The notes beneath the pieces are model-generated. The model saw nothing but the letters and a program-made list of their open reading frames with translations. It was not told the origin of the DNA and did not search any database. Shown here piece by piece: positions 19,042-28,642 of a stretch of 64,000 nucleotides of DNA; within the stretch, counting starts at the first letter, position 1; every line of letters starts with the position of its first letter. A program made the translations under genes and the position numbers. This DNA is from Sulfurospirillaceae bacterium (GTDB lineage Bacteria; Campylobacterota; Campylobacteria; Campylobacterales; Sulfurospirillaceae): NCBI GenBank assembly GCA_033723415.1, contig JAWVXD010000007.1, forward strand, positions 47,091 to 111,090, in the 5' to 3' direction.

Positions 19042-21306
19042 TTAGAATTTCCATCTAAACTTAGCGATCAAAGCATGATTTATAAGATCACTACCTGTAC
19101 CGCTTAAAGTGTATTTTACATTGAGGATCAGATCTTTTTTTAGGTGTTTTGAAAGCCCAAGGCCAAGATTATAGCTCAGTGCACTGTTTTTTATACCTGT
19201 TGTCGTAAAGAGAATATCCGGTGTTCCTTGAAATATTGCATTGATACTGTTAGCATCGTCTCTTAGATCATACATCAATCCTACATCAGAGATAAAATCA
19301 GTATTTTCATCAATCTTGTATCTTAGATCTGTCATGACTCCGAGTAACATTTGCGTTGTGCTTTTGCTCTCGACACTTAAGTTTGTTGCACCTGCCCCGC
19401 TTTCTCTGTATGAGGGAGAATAGAAGTATCTATATACTCCTTTGATCGCTGGAGTAATCCTCAATTTATCATTGATATCATAATCTTTTGTAGCTTTTGC
19501 TTGGATATAAAAATCTTTGGAAGTATAGTTTGCCTTTGCGATTTGTGATGAAGTCTCATCATATCTTGTTGTACTGTTTTTTTGAATTCCAAATCCGGCT
19601 TGATAAAACAATACACTTTTATCATCTACGATAGGCTGACTTCCGTATGCTACAAAGTTATATGTGTTTAAATCATTTGATTGAACAACATGATTGACGT
19701 CTAGATTCGTATTTGAAATAAACAGTGCAAAACCTGCTCGTCTTCCCTCTTTATACTCTCCATCAAATCCTAAACCCATACCGTAGGTGTTGGCGCTAAA
19801 TCCATTTAAACCATCTTTATCATCTTGTTTGGTATATGCTCCAAAGGGTTTTACCCACATATGTTTATCGCTAAAAGCTATATCACCGGAACCCAACCCT
19901 CTTATATCGTTTTGCCTTGTCTGTACGATACTATTTAGCATATTTAGTGTTTGCAGACCTATCGTCTGAGTGGATACTGCCGTTAGAGGACTGTTTTGCG
20001 GAGTTACGCTCGTATTGGCAGCGATTGCCTCCAAACTTAGGCTTGTATTTGTATCATTCATAAAAGCTTGAAAGTTTAATATTGGAGAATTATCCGTTAT
20101 ATTCAATTTTGTTACATTGGCATCTATATTACTTGATGTGATAACACCGTTGATCGTTCCGTTATTATCCAAAAATGATCTTTCTACTCCATTTCCTATA
20201 ACATTGACGTTTATCGTACTTCCATCTGCTATTAAGGCTGATGAACTAGCTATAATATGTGGATTTGTTGCCGTTCCGTTAGCAGATAAATTTGCATCGA
20301 TACTTAATACTCCTGTTGAAGTTTGAGTGTAGTATTTGGCACTAGAGCTTGTGCTTCCATGCAGATTTATAGTTCCAGAGTTCGTAAAATTTGCTAAACC
20401 GACATTAATACTATCTGCATTGATCGTACCTGAGTTTGTGATATTGCCACTGGTATTACTATCTATTCCTACACCAAGAAGTGCATTGATCGTTCCTGAG
20501 TTTGTGATGTTGCCTGTGATAATACCGTTTTGTGAATATTGTACGATGCCTGTTGAGTTACCAACGCCACTGCTTTTTGCATCAATAGTACCTGAGTTTG
20601 TGATGTTGCCTGTGATATTTCCATCAAGTGACATTTGCATAATACCAGTAGAGAGACTGCTTCCATTAACATCTGTAGTAATCACTCCCGTGTTGTTGAT
20701 ATTGCCTGTGATAGTTCCACCAAATGACATTTGTGTAAGACCAGTAGAGTCCCTACTTCCATTAACATCTATAGTAACCACTCCCGTATTGTTGATATTG
20801 CCGCTAATATTTCCTACAAATGACATTTGAACAATCCCTGAGGCATAACTGTTACCATTACTGTATACATTGATAACACCGGTGTTGTTAATATCATTGG
20901 TAATTCCGCTACCTATGCTATTGGTTGTGTCTTGCGAAATGCCAATGGTATTTCCTGTTCCATTACTTGTAACACTAATTGTACCGGAGTTGCTCAACCA
21001 ATAGTACATATTTATATGTTGCCCGATTCCATATACATTATGTGTGCTAGGATCGGTAATATTTATATCTACATTGCCGTCATTTAATATGCTGAGCCTA
21101 CTCTGCGAATCAATAGCGCTATTTGCAATATTTTGAATTTTTATGCCCCCGCTGGATGTGATATTTAATATATCACGATTAGCCAATGTAACTTGTGTGG
21201 TCATTTGATTACTTATGGTGATCAAATTAGGGGGACCAGCATATCCACTACTTATCATCAATGATATCGCCATGCATCCTAAAACAATCCTGTTTATTCT
21301 TTTCAT
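19042..21306 (-). CDS. autotransporter (type Va) outer membrane protein, paralog 2
   Basis: 754 aa with signal peptide MKRINRIVLGCMAISLMISSGYAG. The passenger domain is repetitive. The C-terminal half aligns by eye with paralog 1 over linker and barrel (for example DANVTKLNITDNSPIL, RGLGSGDI.FSDK..WVKPFGAY, YGSQPI.DDKS.L.YQAGFG) and ends KFRWKF. Confidence 0.85.
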   Translation of the reverse strand: MKRINRIVLGCMAISLMISSGYAGPPNLITISNQMTTQVTLANRDILNITSSGGIKIQNIANSAIDSQSRLSILNDGNVDINITDPSTHNVYGIGQHINMYYWLSNSGTISVTSNGTGNTIGISQDTTNSIGSGITNDINNTGVINVYSNGNSYASGIVQMSFVGNISGNINNTGVVTIDVNGSRDSTGLTQMSFGGTITGNINNTGVITTDVNGSSLSTGIMQMSLDGNITGNITNSGTIDAKSSGVGNSTGIVQYSQNGIITGNITNSGTINALLGVGIDSNTSGNITNSGTINADSINVGLANFTNSGTINLHGSTSSSAKYYTQTSTGVLSIDANLSANGTATNPHIIASSSALIADGSTINVNVIGNGVERSFLDNNGTINGVITSSNIDANVTKLNITDNSPILNFQAFMNDTNTSLSLEAIAANTSVTPQNSPLTAVSTQTIGLQTLNMLNSIVQTRQNDIRGLGSGDIAFSDKHMWVKPFGAYTKQDDKDGLNGFSANTYGMGLGFDGEYKEGRRAGFALFISNTNLDVNHVVQSNDLNTYNFVAYGSQPIVDDKSVLFYQAGFGIQKNSTTRYDETSSQIAKANYTSKDFYIQAKATKDYDINDKLRITPAIKGVYRYFYSPSYRESGAGATNLSVESKSTTQMLLGVMTDLRYKIDENTDFISDVGLMYDLRDDANSINAIFQGTPDILFTTTGIKNSALSYNLGLGLSKHLKKDLILNVKYTLSGTGSDLINHALIAKFRWKF
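20428..20907 (-). repeat. about 4.8 tandem copies of a 96-bp (32-aa) coding repeat in autotransporter 2
   Basis: Units G/N-I-T/S-G-N-I-N/T-N-T/S-G-V/T-...-STG-..-QMS-..-G start at residues 134, 166, 198, 230 and 262. An exact 27-nt repeat CCTGAGTTTGTGATGTTGCCTGTGATA (plus strand) occurs at 20495-20521 and 20591-20617, which is 96 bp apart. Confidence 0.85.
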
Positions 21307-21345
21307 TTTAGCTCCTTCATCATATAAGTAAAAATATACTAAAAA

Positions 21346-21354
21346 ATTATATCA
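21346..21354 (-). promoter_or_regulatory. extended -10 box TGATATAAT for autotransporter 2
   Basis: An exact TGnTATAAT on the minus strand about 40 nt upstream of the ATG at 21306. The GAAGGAG Shine-Dalgarno follows. Confidence 0.4.
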
Positions 21355-21445
21355 TGTTATTTAAGGTATTAAATGAATTATAAATGGTTTGTTAATGTAT
21401 TTTAAAATATTTTGCGTAAAAGTGTAACTATAGGAGAATCTAAGC

Positions 21446-22459
21446 TTATGTTCTCGCTCTTGTAAACCAGGTTATCGTATCTTTATTTATATCATGACAA
21501 GAGAGTGTCTCTAATTTTAATTCTATGTTAGGATGATTCCCGATCTTAAAATCAGGTGAGCGAAAGATCACATACATATCTACGATATCTTGAGTGGCTC
21601 TTAACATTCCTTCTCCACCCTCTATCATAATAAACTTATACTTTTTCAAAAGTTCAAAATCGTTTTCTATATATACTTTCCTATTTTTAACATTAAAAAG
21701 AGGAATGCTTCTGTCAAAATTTTTATCTTTTGAATAGATAAGGATGTCAGGTGCCTTGCCGTCTATCATCCGTGCATCCAGTGTTGGTCTATCTGACCTT
21801 ACGGTATTACCACCTATCACTAGTAGATCGATCTTATCTCTGAATTTATGGACAAGTTCTCTTGATGCATCACTTGTTATGATCCCCCCGTCTATGACAC
21901 CGTTTAAACTCATAGCAAGTTTGAAAAATATGAAATTACCATAAAGAGAGCTTTCAAAAGGGAAAAGTAAATCTTGACACGAAGTTGAGTTTTGTAGAAT
22001 ATCTACAGATATTGCATTGTTTCTCAAATATTCTGCACCGCCGCTTGCTTTGCTATTTGGATCAAGCATGCCGATCACAACTCTTTTGAAGCCTAATTCT
22101 TTGATAAGATGTGAACAAGGGGGCGTTTTACCGTAATGATTACATGGTTCCAGTGTTACATAAATATTAAATTTTTTAAAGATATTTGAGTGATTTTTAC
22201 GCAGATAGTTATGAATTTCTTCAGAATCTTCTATTTGTAGCACACGCTTGTCTCTTGTGATCTTATAATAGGTATCTTTGATAACTTCTACTTCTGCGTG
22301 CGGACTGCCTGCTTTTTTGTGAGCGTTAACGGCAATGATATTATCGAACTCATCACTGATCACTGCTCCTACCGCAGGATTAGGATAAGTTAAAATTTGA
22401 TATTTCCAGGCTTCTTTTACAGCAGCATCCATTAGGGAAATATCAGTTTCATTTACCAT
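21446..22459 (-). CDS. ribD: bifunctional riboflavin biosynthesis deaminase/reductase RibD
   Basis: CMP/dCMP-type zinc motifs HAEVEVI and TLEPCNHYGKTPPCS, followed by a RibD_C-like reductase half. 337 aa. Confidence 0.9.
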   Translation of the reverse strand: MVNETDISLMDAAVKEAWKYQILTYPNPAVGAVISDEFDNIIAVNAHKKAGSPHAEVEVIKDTYYKITRDKRVLQIEDSEEIHNYLRKNHSNIFKKFNIYVTLEPCNHYGKTPPCSHLIKELGFKRVVIGMLDPNSKASGGAEYLRNNAISVDILQNSTSCQDLLFPFESSLYGNFIFFKLAMSLNGVIDGGIITSDASRELVHKFRDKIDLLVIGGNTVRSDRPTLDARMIDGKAPDILIYSKDKNFDRSIPLFNVKNRKVYIENDFELLKKYKFIMIEGGEGMLRATQDIVDMYVIFRSPDFKIGNHPNIELKLETLSCHDINKDTITWFTRART

Positions 22460-22881
22460 TTATAATAAGTTCTAGCCTTGTCTATATCTGCTATGTCGAC
22501 TTGGACAGCCTTGCCATCTTCTTCTATCTCCAATATTTTTCCGTCAAATGCTATAAGCTTTCCGATTATTTTGTCTGTATTTGTAAGTTTTATTTTGACA
22601 TTTTCACCGATACTACCGCTAAAATGCTCTGGCTTCTTCAGATTTCTCTCGATCCCTGGAGAGCTGACTTCCAAGACATAAGCCCCGTTCATAGGTGGGT
22701 TGAGATCAAGTATAGGTGAAAGGATAGAAGATATCTTTCCACACTGATCAAGTGTGACCCCTTCGGGTGAAGTGATATAAATCCTAAAAATTCTATTACC
22801 GCCCTCGTTTGCAATTTCCGTGTCATAAAGCTCTAGAGCGTTATCTTTCAATATGTTTTTTATCGTTTCTATATCAACCAT
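22453..22881 (-). CDS. rimP: ribosome maturation factor RimP
   Basis: 142 aa with the LEVSSPGIERNLK block typical of RimP. It overlaps rbfA by 8 nt and ribD by 7 nt. Confidence 0.85.
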   Translation of the reverse strand: MVDIETIKNILKDNALELYDTEIANEGGNRIFRIYITSPEGVTLDQCGKISSILSPILDLNPPMNGAYVLEVSSPGIERNLKKPEHFSGSIGENVKIKLTNTDKIIGKLIAFDGKILEIEEDGKAVQVDIADIDKARTYYKW

Positions 22882-23233
22882 GTAACTCTTTCTCTACAAT
22901 TTCAAATAATTTGTCAATTTCATTTTGTTTTTTTAGACTATCATCAAATTTAAAATGAAAATTTGGACATCTAAACCAACCCTCAGCTTGCATACAATAA
23001 CTTTGTAGGTGTCTGTTTATTTTTTTTAGATGACTTAAGATATATTTTTTTTCTTCATCATCAAATAGCATTTCATCAAGATAAACATCTGCATCATATT
23101 TACCACGACTACAAACAACATCGACAACGCACAGATTTCTCAACATTTCATCACTTAATGTTGCAAGTGCTTCAGGTAACAATTCTTTGAGAACACTTTG
23201 GGTTCTTTGTAATTTTATACTTTGATCTTTCAT
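22874..23233 (-). CDS. rbfA: ribosome-binding factor A
   Basis: 119 aa, KH-like, located immediately after infB. Sequence conservation by eye is modest (LQRTQSVLKELLPEAL...). Confidence 0.75.
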   Translation of the reverse strand: MKDQSIKLQRTQSVLKELLPEALATLSDEMLRNLCVVDVVCSRGKYDADVYLDEMLFDDEEKKYILSHLKKINRHLQSYCMQAEGWFRCPNFHFKFDDSLKKQNEIDKLFEIVEKELHG

Positions 23234-23349
23234 TTCATTTCTCCTTTAACTTGAGCAAAGCCCAAGTTAAATTCCTCTCACTAAAGCTACGCCTTTGGCG
23301 AGAATACTTTCTCTTCTATTTTCTTTAACTTCTAGACTAATCGCTCTCG

Positions 23350-25989
23350 CTAAAGTGTTGCTTTCTCTTCTACTTCTTTGAAGCTTTCTATGTAATCACC
23401 GACTTTTATGTCATTGTAGCCATCGATTCCGATACCGCATTCGTATCCTTTAGCTACTTCTCTCACATCATCTTTAAATCTTTTTAGTGATGAAACGGTT
23501 CCCTCATGGATAATCACGCCATCGCGGATCAATCTGACTTTAACGCCTCTATTGATAGATCCGTCCGTTACTATACATCCGGCTATTGAGCCTATTTTTG
23601 GAACGCTAAATACTTCTCTTACTTCAGCTTGTCCTATATTTTCTTCTCTTATTACAGGAGCAAGCATTCCAACTACCAAACTTTTTACGTCATCTATCAA
23701 GTCATATATAATGTTATAAGTTTTTATCTCAACACCGCTACTTTTGGCTCTCTCTTTGACGCTTCCGGTAGGTCTTACATTGAATCCAAGTATTATACAA
23801 TTTTCACTGGCACTTGCAAGAGCTACGTCACTCTCCGTGATACCGCCTATTCCGGAACTGATAATATCAATCTTGGTTTCTTCTGTTTTTATTTTTTCTA
23901 ATGAGCCTTTTATCGCTTCAAGTGAACCGCCTGTATCTGCTTTTATAATAACAGGTAAACTTTTTAATGCACCCTCGGCGATCATAGCGCTTAACTCGTC
24001 AATAGTTACTTTTGTTGATTTTGATAGCTCTTTTTGTCTTAAGTATTCTGCTCTTTTCTTAGCATACTCTCTTGCAATCTTGTCACTAGCGACACTCACA
24101 AGTTTCTCCCCTGCTTCCGGTACTGCGCTAAGACCTAAAACCACAACAGGCTCGCCAGGTTTTGCTTCTTTAACGGCATTTCCTTCATCATCCAAAAGTG
24201 CTTTGACCTTACCGTACGCAACACCTGCAACAACTGTGTCACCTACTCTTAGAGTACCGTTTTGTACAACTACTGTCGATACGGTACCTTTTCCTTTTTC
24301 AACGGAACTTTCTATAACTGTAGCTTTTGCTTCTTTTGTCGGATCTGCTTTTAGCTCCAATACTTCTGATTGGATCAATAATACTTCCAATAGCTCATCA
24401 ATTCCCATACCTGTTTTTGCACTTATTCCAACAAATTCATGCTCTCCACCCCAATCAACCGGAGTAATGTCTAGTTCTGCCAATTGTGATTTCACAAGGT
24501 CAGGATTTGCGTTTTCTTTATCCATTTTATTGACTGCTATAACTATAGGTACATTTGCGGCTTTTGAATGTTCTATTGCTTCTTTTGTTTGAGGCATCAC
24601 ACCGTCGTCTGCAGCGACTACTATAATTACAATATCTGTCACTTCAGCGCCGCGAGATCTCATCTGAGTAAATGCTTCGTGACCCGGAGTATCTATAAAT
24701 GTTATGTTTTTACCGTTTTTCTCGACCATGTACGCACCGACATGCTGAGTAATCCCACCGGCTTCACCGCTTGCTACTTTTGAGCTTCTTATATAATCAA
24801 GAAGTGAGGTTTTACCATGATCGACATGACCCATGATGGTGACAACAGGGGTTCTCTCCACTAAGTTTTGCTCTGTGCTATCTTCATATTGTTTTACATA
24901 GTCAAATTCTTCTTGTTCATCTACCGTAGTAACTGAGAGATCAAAAGAGTCTGCAAGTATTTCGATTGCGTCTTTATCTAAAAAGTCATTTTTAGTAACC
25001 ATTACACCTAGAGTAAATAATTCTTTTATAACTTCGCCTATCGTTTTATTTATCTTCTCTGCAAATTCATAAACTCTGATATCTTCAGGAATCTCTATAG
25101 AATTAACAACTTCTACATCTTTTTCTTCCACTCTTCGTCTTCTTCTTTTCTTCGTCTGTCTTTGGATTCCCTGATTTAGAAAGTTAGATTTTTTAGTACT
25201 CTTCATTTGAGAAGGATCGATTTTCTTTTTGTATTCTTCTTTTACTTCTTGCTTGACGGTAAAATCAGGTAACACTACCATCTCTTCTTCGATCTCTAAA
25301 GAGATATCTTTCATCTCCAAGTCTAATTCTAGATTGATTTTTTGATTTTGGCTGCTTTTTTGAGGTAGAGTTTTTTTGACTTTTTTCTTCTTCTTCGGTA
25401 CTTCCTGTCCTGAACCGAATACAGATTCTATAGGATTTACTCTTTTTTCCGTATTATATGGAGACTTTTGTGCTACTTTTACATCATCGTCAAAGATCTT
25501 CTTGGCTTCAGCTTTTCGTTCTTCTGATTTTCTATTTTTTTTGACTATTACCAAACCTCTTCTTTTTCTGACATTTGCAGATAAAGAAACTTTCTCTTTT
25601 TCTATTTCTTCTTTAGCCGGAGTTTCCACTTTTGGTTTGCTTACCTCTTCTTTTGCAACTTCTTTTACTTTTATTGCTTGAGGTTTTTCCACAACGGTCT
25701 CTGTTTTCTTCTCTTCTTTGATTTCAACTTTTTGATTAGTAGCAGGTTTAATGGTCTCTTTTTTTACAATTTTAGGCTCTTCTTCTTTCTCAACTTCTTT
25801 CACGGAAGTATTATCAGGAGAAACTTTTTCGCCAGTTAAAATAAAATTTATAAGGCTTTCAGCTTCTTCGGGACTGACACCGCTGGATGCGGCTTTCACG
25901 TCGAATCCCATCTCAACTGCTTTTTCTACTATATCTTTGCTTTTAATTCCCATCTCTTTTGCTATCTCATGTATACGGATCTTACCCAT
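23350..25989 (-). CDS. infB: translation initiation factor IF-2
   Basis: GTPase motifs [20 protein letters not shown] and NKMDK. The N-terminal region is K/E-rich and low-complexity. 879 aa. Confidence 0.97.
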   Translation of the reverse strand: MGKIRIHEIAKEMGIKSKDIVEKAVEMGFDVKAASSGVSPEEAESLINFILTGEKVSPDNTSVKEVEKEEEPKIVKKETIKPATNQKVEIKEEKKTETVVEKPQAIKVKEVAKEEVSKPKVETPAKEEIEKEKVSLSANVRKRRGLVIVKKNRKSEERKAEAKKIFDDDVKVAQKSPYNTEKRVNPIESVFGSGQEVPKKKKKVKKTLPQKSSQNQKINLELDLEMKDISLEIEEEMVVLPDFTVKQEVKEEYKKKIDPSQMKSTKKSNFLNQGIQRQTKKRRRRRVEEKDVEVVNSIEIPEDIRVYEFAEKINKTIGEVIKELFTLGVMVTKNDFLDKDAIEILADSFDLSVTTVDEQEEFDYVKQYEDSTEQNLVERTPVVTIMGHVDHGKTSLLDYIRSSKVASGEAGGITQHVGAYMVEKNGKNITFIDTPGHEAFTQMRSRGAEVTDIVIIVVAADDGVMPQTKEAIEHSKAANVPIVIAVNKMDKENANPDLVKSQLAELDITPVDWGGEHEFVGISAKTGMGIDELLEVLLIQSEVLELKADPTKEAKATVIESSVEKGKGTVSTVVVQNGTLRVGDTVVAGVAYGKVKALLDDEGNAVKEAKPGEPVVVLGLSAVPEAGEKLVSVASDKIAREYAKKRAEYLRQKELSKSTKVTIDELSAMIAEGALKSLPVIIKADTGGSLEAIKGSLEKIKTEETKIDIISSGIGGITESDVALASASENCIILGFNVRPTGSVKERAKSSGVEIKTYNIIYDLIDDVKSLVVGMLAPVIREENIGQAEVREVFSVPKIGSIAGCIVTDGSINRGVKVRLIRDGVIIHEGTVSSLKRFKDDVREVAKGYECGIGIDGYNDIKVGDYIESFKEVEEKATL

Positions 25990-26269
25990 TCGCGCCTAAC
26001 TCCTTCAATATTTTGCCAAAATCTTCAATATTTTCATATCTTATTCTAAATTTATTGTTTAAGATTTTTATTAATCTATTTTTTTCGCTCTCGATGCACT
26101 TTGAACATACATAGAAGCTTCTCCCAGCTTTTTGAAAATTTACAAGCTTTTTATTATTTTCTTGAAAGCGGTATAAACCTTTTTGGGGAAATCTGCCTCT
26201 GCATACAATACACATACGCGTAGCGTCATTTAATTCGCTTATTGTATCAGAATTTATCTGTTTTTTCAC
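25982..26269 (-). CDS. YlxR/DUF448 family RNA-binding protein
   Basis: 95 aa. The [16 protein letters not shown] motif is present. It overlaps the infB start by 8 nt, the usual YlxR position. Confidence 0.8.
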   Translation of the reverse strand: MKKQINSDTISELNDATRMCIVCRGRFPQKGLYRFQENNKKLVNFQKAGRSFYVCSKCIESEKNRLIKILNNKFRIRYENIEDFGKILKELGANG

Positions 26270-26282
26270 TTTTACCGCTTTT

Positions 26283-27176
26283 TTAAATGTTTTTTTCTAT
26301 AGTATAACCATTGTTATCAAAATCAAATATTTCAACTCTAAAATCTTGGAACTCCTTCTGTAGTGCATCTTTTATCGCTATTGCATCATCAATATAACAC
26401 ATATTAAAAAAAGATGATCCACTACCTGATAACGTACTCATAAGTGCACCGTTTTTTAGAGCTGTTTTTTGTACTTTTTTCAATTCCGGCATACTTTCCA
26501 TCCGTTTATCTTGATGAATACAATCTTTTGATCCCAATTTCAGCATTTCCCAATTCTCGCTAAAAAAAGCTGAACTTAAAAATGAGGACCTAGCAACATT
26601 ATAAACTACACTCTGCATAGAAAAGTTTTTCGGTAGCTTACTGCGAGAATGCTCCGTAGACATAGGTTTATCAGGAATTACCATAACTGCTTTTAGATTA
26701 TCCGGTATAACTTTTTTCAAAGAATATACTTCTGAGTTTTCAACTATCGAGCTTACAAAACCCCCATAAACGGCTGGAGATATGTTATCCGGATGAGACT
26801 CGTAAAAAAGTGCTCTATTTAAGATCTTATTTTTGTCTGCTTTCACAAGAGCCATCTCATATGCACTCGCAATTGCACTGACGATGACTGCTGAACTGCT
26901 GCCTAGTCCTCTGGCAAAAGGTATTTGATTGTTAAATTCAAATCTAAAAAAATCTTTTTCACCGCTTAATTCTTGATATACGTCATTAAATATAGAAAGA
27001 AACATATTGTTCTTTTTCAATCTTGTGTTTTTTTCACCTTCACCTTTGATAGAAACACTGTGAAAACTTGATGGTTTTATGATAATTTCATTGTACAAAC
27101 TGATGGCAAGACCAAGTGCATCAAAACCTGGACCTAGATTTGCACTTGTGGCTGGTATCTTTATCTTTAAATTCAC
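26283..27176 (-). CDS. thrB: homoserine kinase
   Basis: GHMP kinase motif PFARGLGSSSAVIVSA and N-terminal PATSANLGPGFD. 297 aa. Confidence 0.92.
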   Translation of the reverse strand: MNLKIKIPATSANLGPGFDALGLAISLYNEIIIKPSSFHSVSIKGEGEKNTRLKKNNMFLSIFNDVYQELSGEKDFFRFEFNNQIPFARGLGSSSAVIVSAIASAYEMALVKADKNKILNRALFYESHPDNISPAVYGGFVSSIVENSEVYSLKKVIPDNLKAVMVIPDKPMSTEHSRSKLPKNFSMQSVVYNVARSSFLSSAFFSENWEMLKLGSKDCIHQDKRMESMPELKKVQKTALKNGALMSTLSGSGSSFFNMCYIDDAIAIKDALQKEFQDFRVEIFDFDNNGYTIEKNI

Positions 27177-27190
27177 TAAATATTCCTCAT

Positions 27191-27625
27191 TTATACTGCC
27201 GGTAAAACATACAGCGGATCACAATTTGTTGAAAACAAATCTTTTTTTAACACTTCCGGCAATTCTAATTTATTGTCTATTTCATCATCTATTACACTTG
27301 TAATGATCTCTTTATCTTCTTTTATAAAATAAACTTTTTTCATTGCTTTTATGGGCGAGTTGTTATTGAAACAAAAACCATCTGCTGCAAATATATTTAT
27401 ATTCAGGCTTGTACTTAACGTTTTCAAAAATATATAGGCAACCTTTATAGCCATGAAGCTTCCCGGACCATTTGCAAAAAATATATTTTTAATATCATAA
27501 TTATCTAGGATTTTAGAAAATAAGATCGGAAGCATATCACTTGTTTTACCAAATTCTTCATATTTCTCAATCAATCTATCGTTTTGATATATCCCAATCA
27601 ATAAAGGAGAAGACAAGGCAATCAC
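27191..27625 (-). CDS. tsaB: short TsaB-like protein (tRNA t6A biosynthesis, N-terminal domain only)
   Basis: 144 aa. The NGPGSFMAIKVA block corresponds to TsaB GPGSFTGLRIG. From memory, the short form is usual in Campylobacter/Helicobacter. Confidence 0.6.
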   Translation of the reverse strand: MIALSSPLLIGIYQNDRLIEKYEEFGKTSDMLPILFSKILDNYDIKNIFFANGPGSFMAIKVAYIFLKTLSTSLNINIFAADGFCFNNNSPIKAMKKVYFIKEDKEIITSVIDDEIDNKLELPEVLKKDLFSTNCDPLYVLPAV

Positions 27626-27639
27626 TAAAACATCAACTT

Positions 27640-28524
27640 TTATATAAAAACCTTTTCAAACTCTTTAATAGACTCTTTTGATACTACTTTAAGCTCGTAG
27701 TTTTCAGGGTCTTTGAGTATCTCTTTTGTTAGTCTGTGATTAAGGTTATGACTGCCTGCAAAAGACTCATAATCTCCAATTACAGTAGCACCCAAAAGTG
27801 CCAAATCACCTATGGCATCCAAAATCTTGTGCCTTACAAATTCATCACGATAGCGCAAACCCTCTGGATTTAATATTTTATTGTCATCCAATACTACCGC
27901 ATTTTCAAGTGATCCGCCAAGGGCCAGACCTCTGCTTCTTAAGTACTGTACATCTTTTAAAAAGCCAAATGTACGAGCACGTGAAATCTCTTCTATGAAA
28001 CTTTTTTTACTATATTCAAATTTGTAAGACTGAATTCCTATGACTGGATGATCAAAGTCAATATCAAAACTGTATGTAGGAGTAAGTGATGGTTTAACTC
28101 TCGCAAATTTTTTACCGTCACTTACTTCAATTTCTCTTTTAATAATCAAAAAGTTTTTATTTTCTTCTAAAACCCTTTTTCCTGCTTCATCTAAAAGCAT
28201 ACAAAAACTTGCACTGCTTCCGTCCATAACAGGTATTTCGGCACTGTCTACAACAATTCTTAAGTTATCTATGCCATATGAGTATACGGCTGAGAGTAGG
28301 TGTTCAATAGTAGAGATTGAATATTCATGATTGCCTATAACTGTAGCCATCTGTGTATTTACTACATTTTCAGGAGTAGCTTTTACGCTCAGTCCGACAT
28401 CGCTTCTATAGAAGACTATACCACTGTCTGACTCTAATGGCTCAAGTGCAATTCTTACAGGTTCGCCTTTATGAAGACCGATACCAATACTTTCTACTCT
28501 TTTTGCTATTGTAGTTTGCTTCAT
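27640..28524 (-). CDS. lpxC: UDP-3-O-acyl-N-acetylglucosamine deacetylase
   Basis: Conserved blocks GIGLHKGEPV and FVRHKILDAIGDLAL. I prefer the ATG at 28524 (MKQTTIAK...) over the GTG at 28539 given in the track. Confidence 0.93.
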   Translation of the reverse strand: MKQTTIAKRVESIGIGLHKGEPVRIALEPLESDSGIVFYRSDVGLSVKATPENVVNTQMATVIGNHEYSISTIEHLLSAVYSYGIDNLRIVVDSAEIPVMDGSSASFCMLLDEAGKRVLEENKNFLIIKREIEVSDGKKFARVKPSLTPTYSFDIDFDHPVIGIQSYKFEYSKKSFIEEISRARTFGFLKDVQYLRSRGLALGGSLENAVVLDDNKILNPEGLRYRDEFVRHKILDAIGDLALLGATVIGDYESFAGSHNLNHRLTKEILKDPENYELKVVSKESIKEFEKVFI

Positions 28525-28579
28525 AAAAACTCTATACACAAAAACAAATTACTTCTACCTCACACTTTCTTTATTATTG

Positions 28580-28588
28580 ATTATATCA
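28580..28588 (-). promoter_or_regulatory. extended -10 box TGATATAAT ahead of lpxC
   Basis: An exact TGnTATAAT on the minus strand inside the 103-nt spacer between the M23 peptidase gene and lpxC. Confidence 0.4.
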
Positions 28589-28642
28589 ACTTTATCATAA
28601 CAAGCAAAAATAATACCAGATGAAATTATACTATTTTTTATG

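Noticed and set aside
18246-20907. Regularly spaced repeats that might suggest a CRISPR array or satellite.
   Set aside because: The repeats are in frame within two long ORFs that have signal peptides and autotransporter barrels. The repeat units are contiguous, with no unique spacers, and no cas genes are present.
23744-24592. A 282-aa plus-strand ORF antisense to infB. Similar long antisense ORFs occur at 17644-18150, 20336-20830, 35985-36452, 37378-37860, 1252-1587 and 2079-2456.
   Set aside because: Each lies entirely inside a confidently identified gene on the other strand. The translations are low-complexity S/T/F/I/L-rich strings with no recognisable motifs, no Shine-Dalgarno and no promoter context. 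They are typical shadow ORFs of a conserved or repetitive coding frame.
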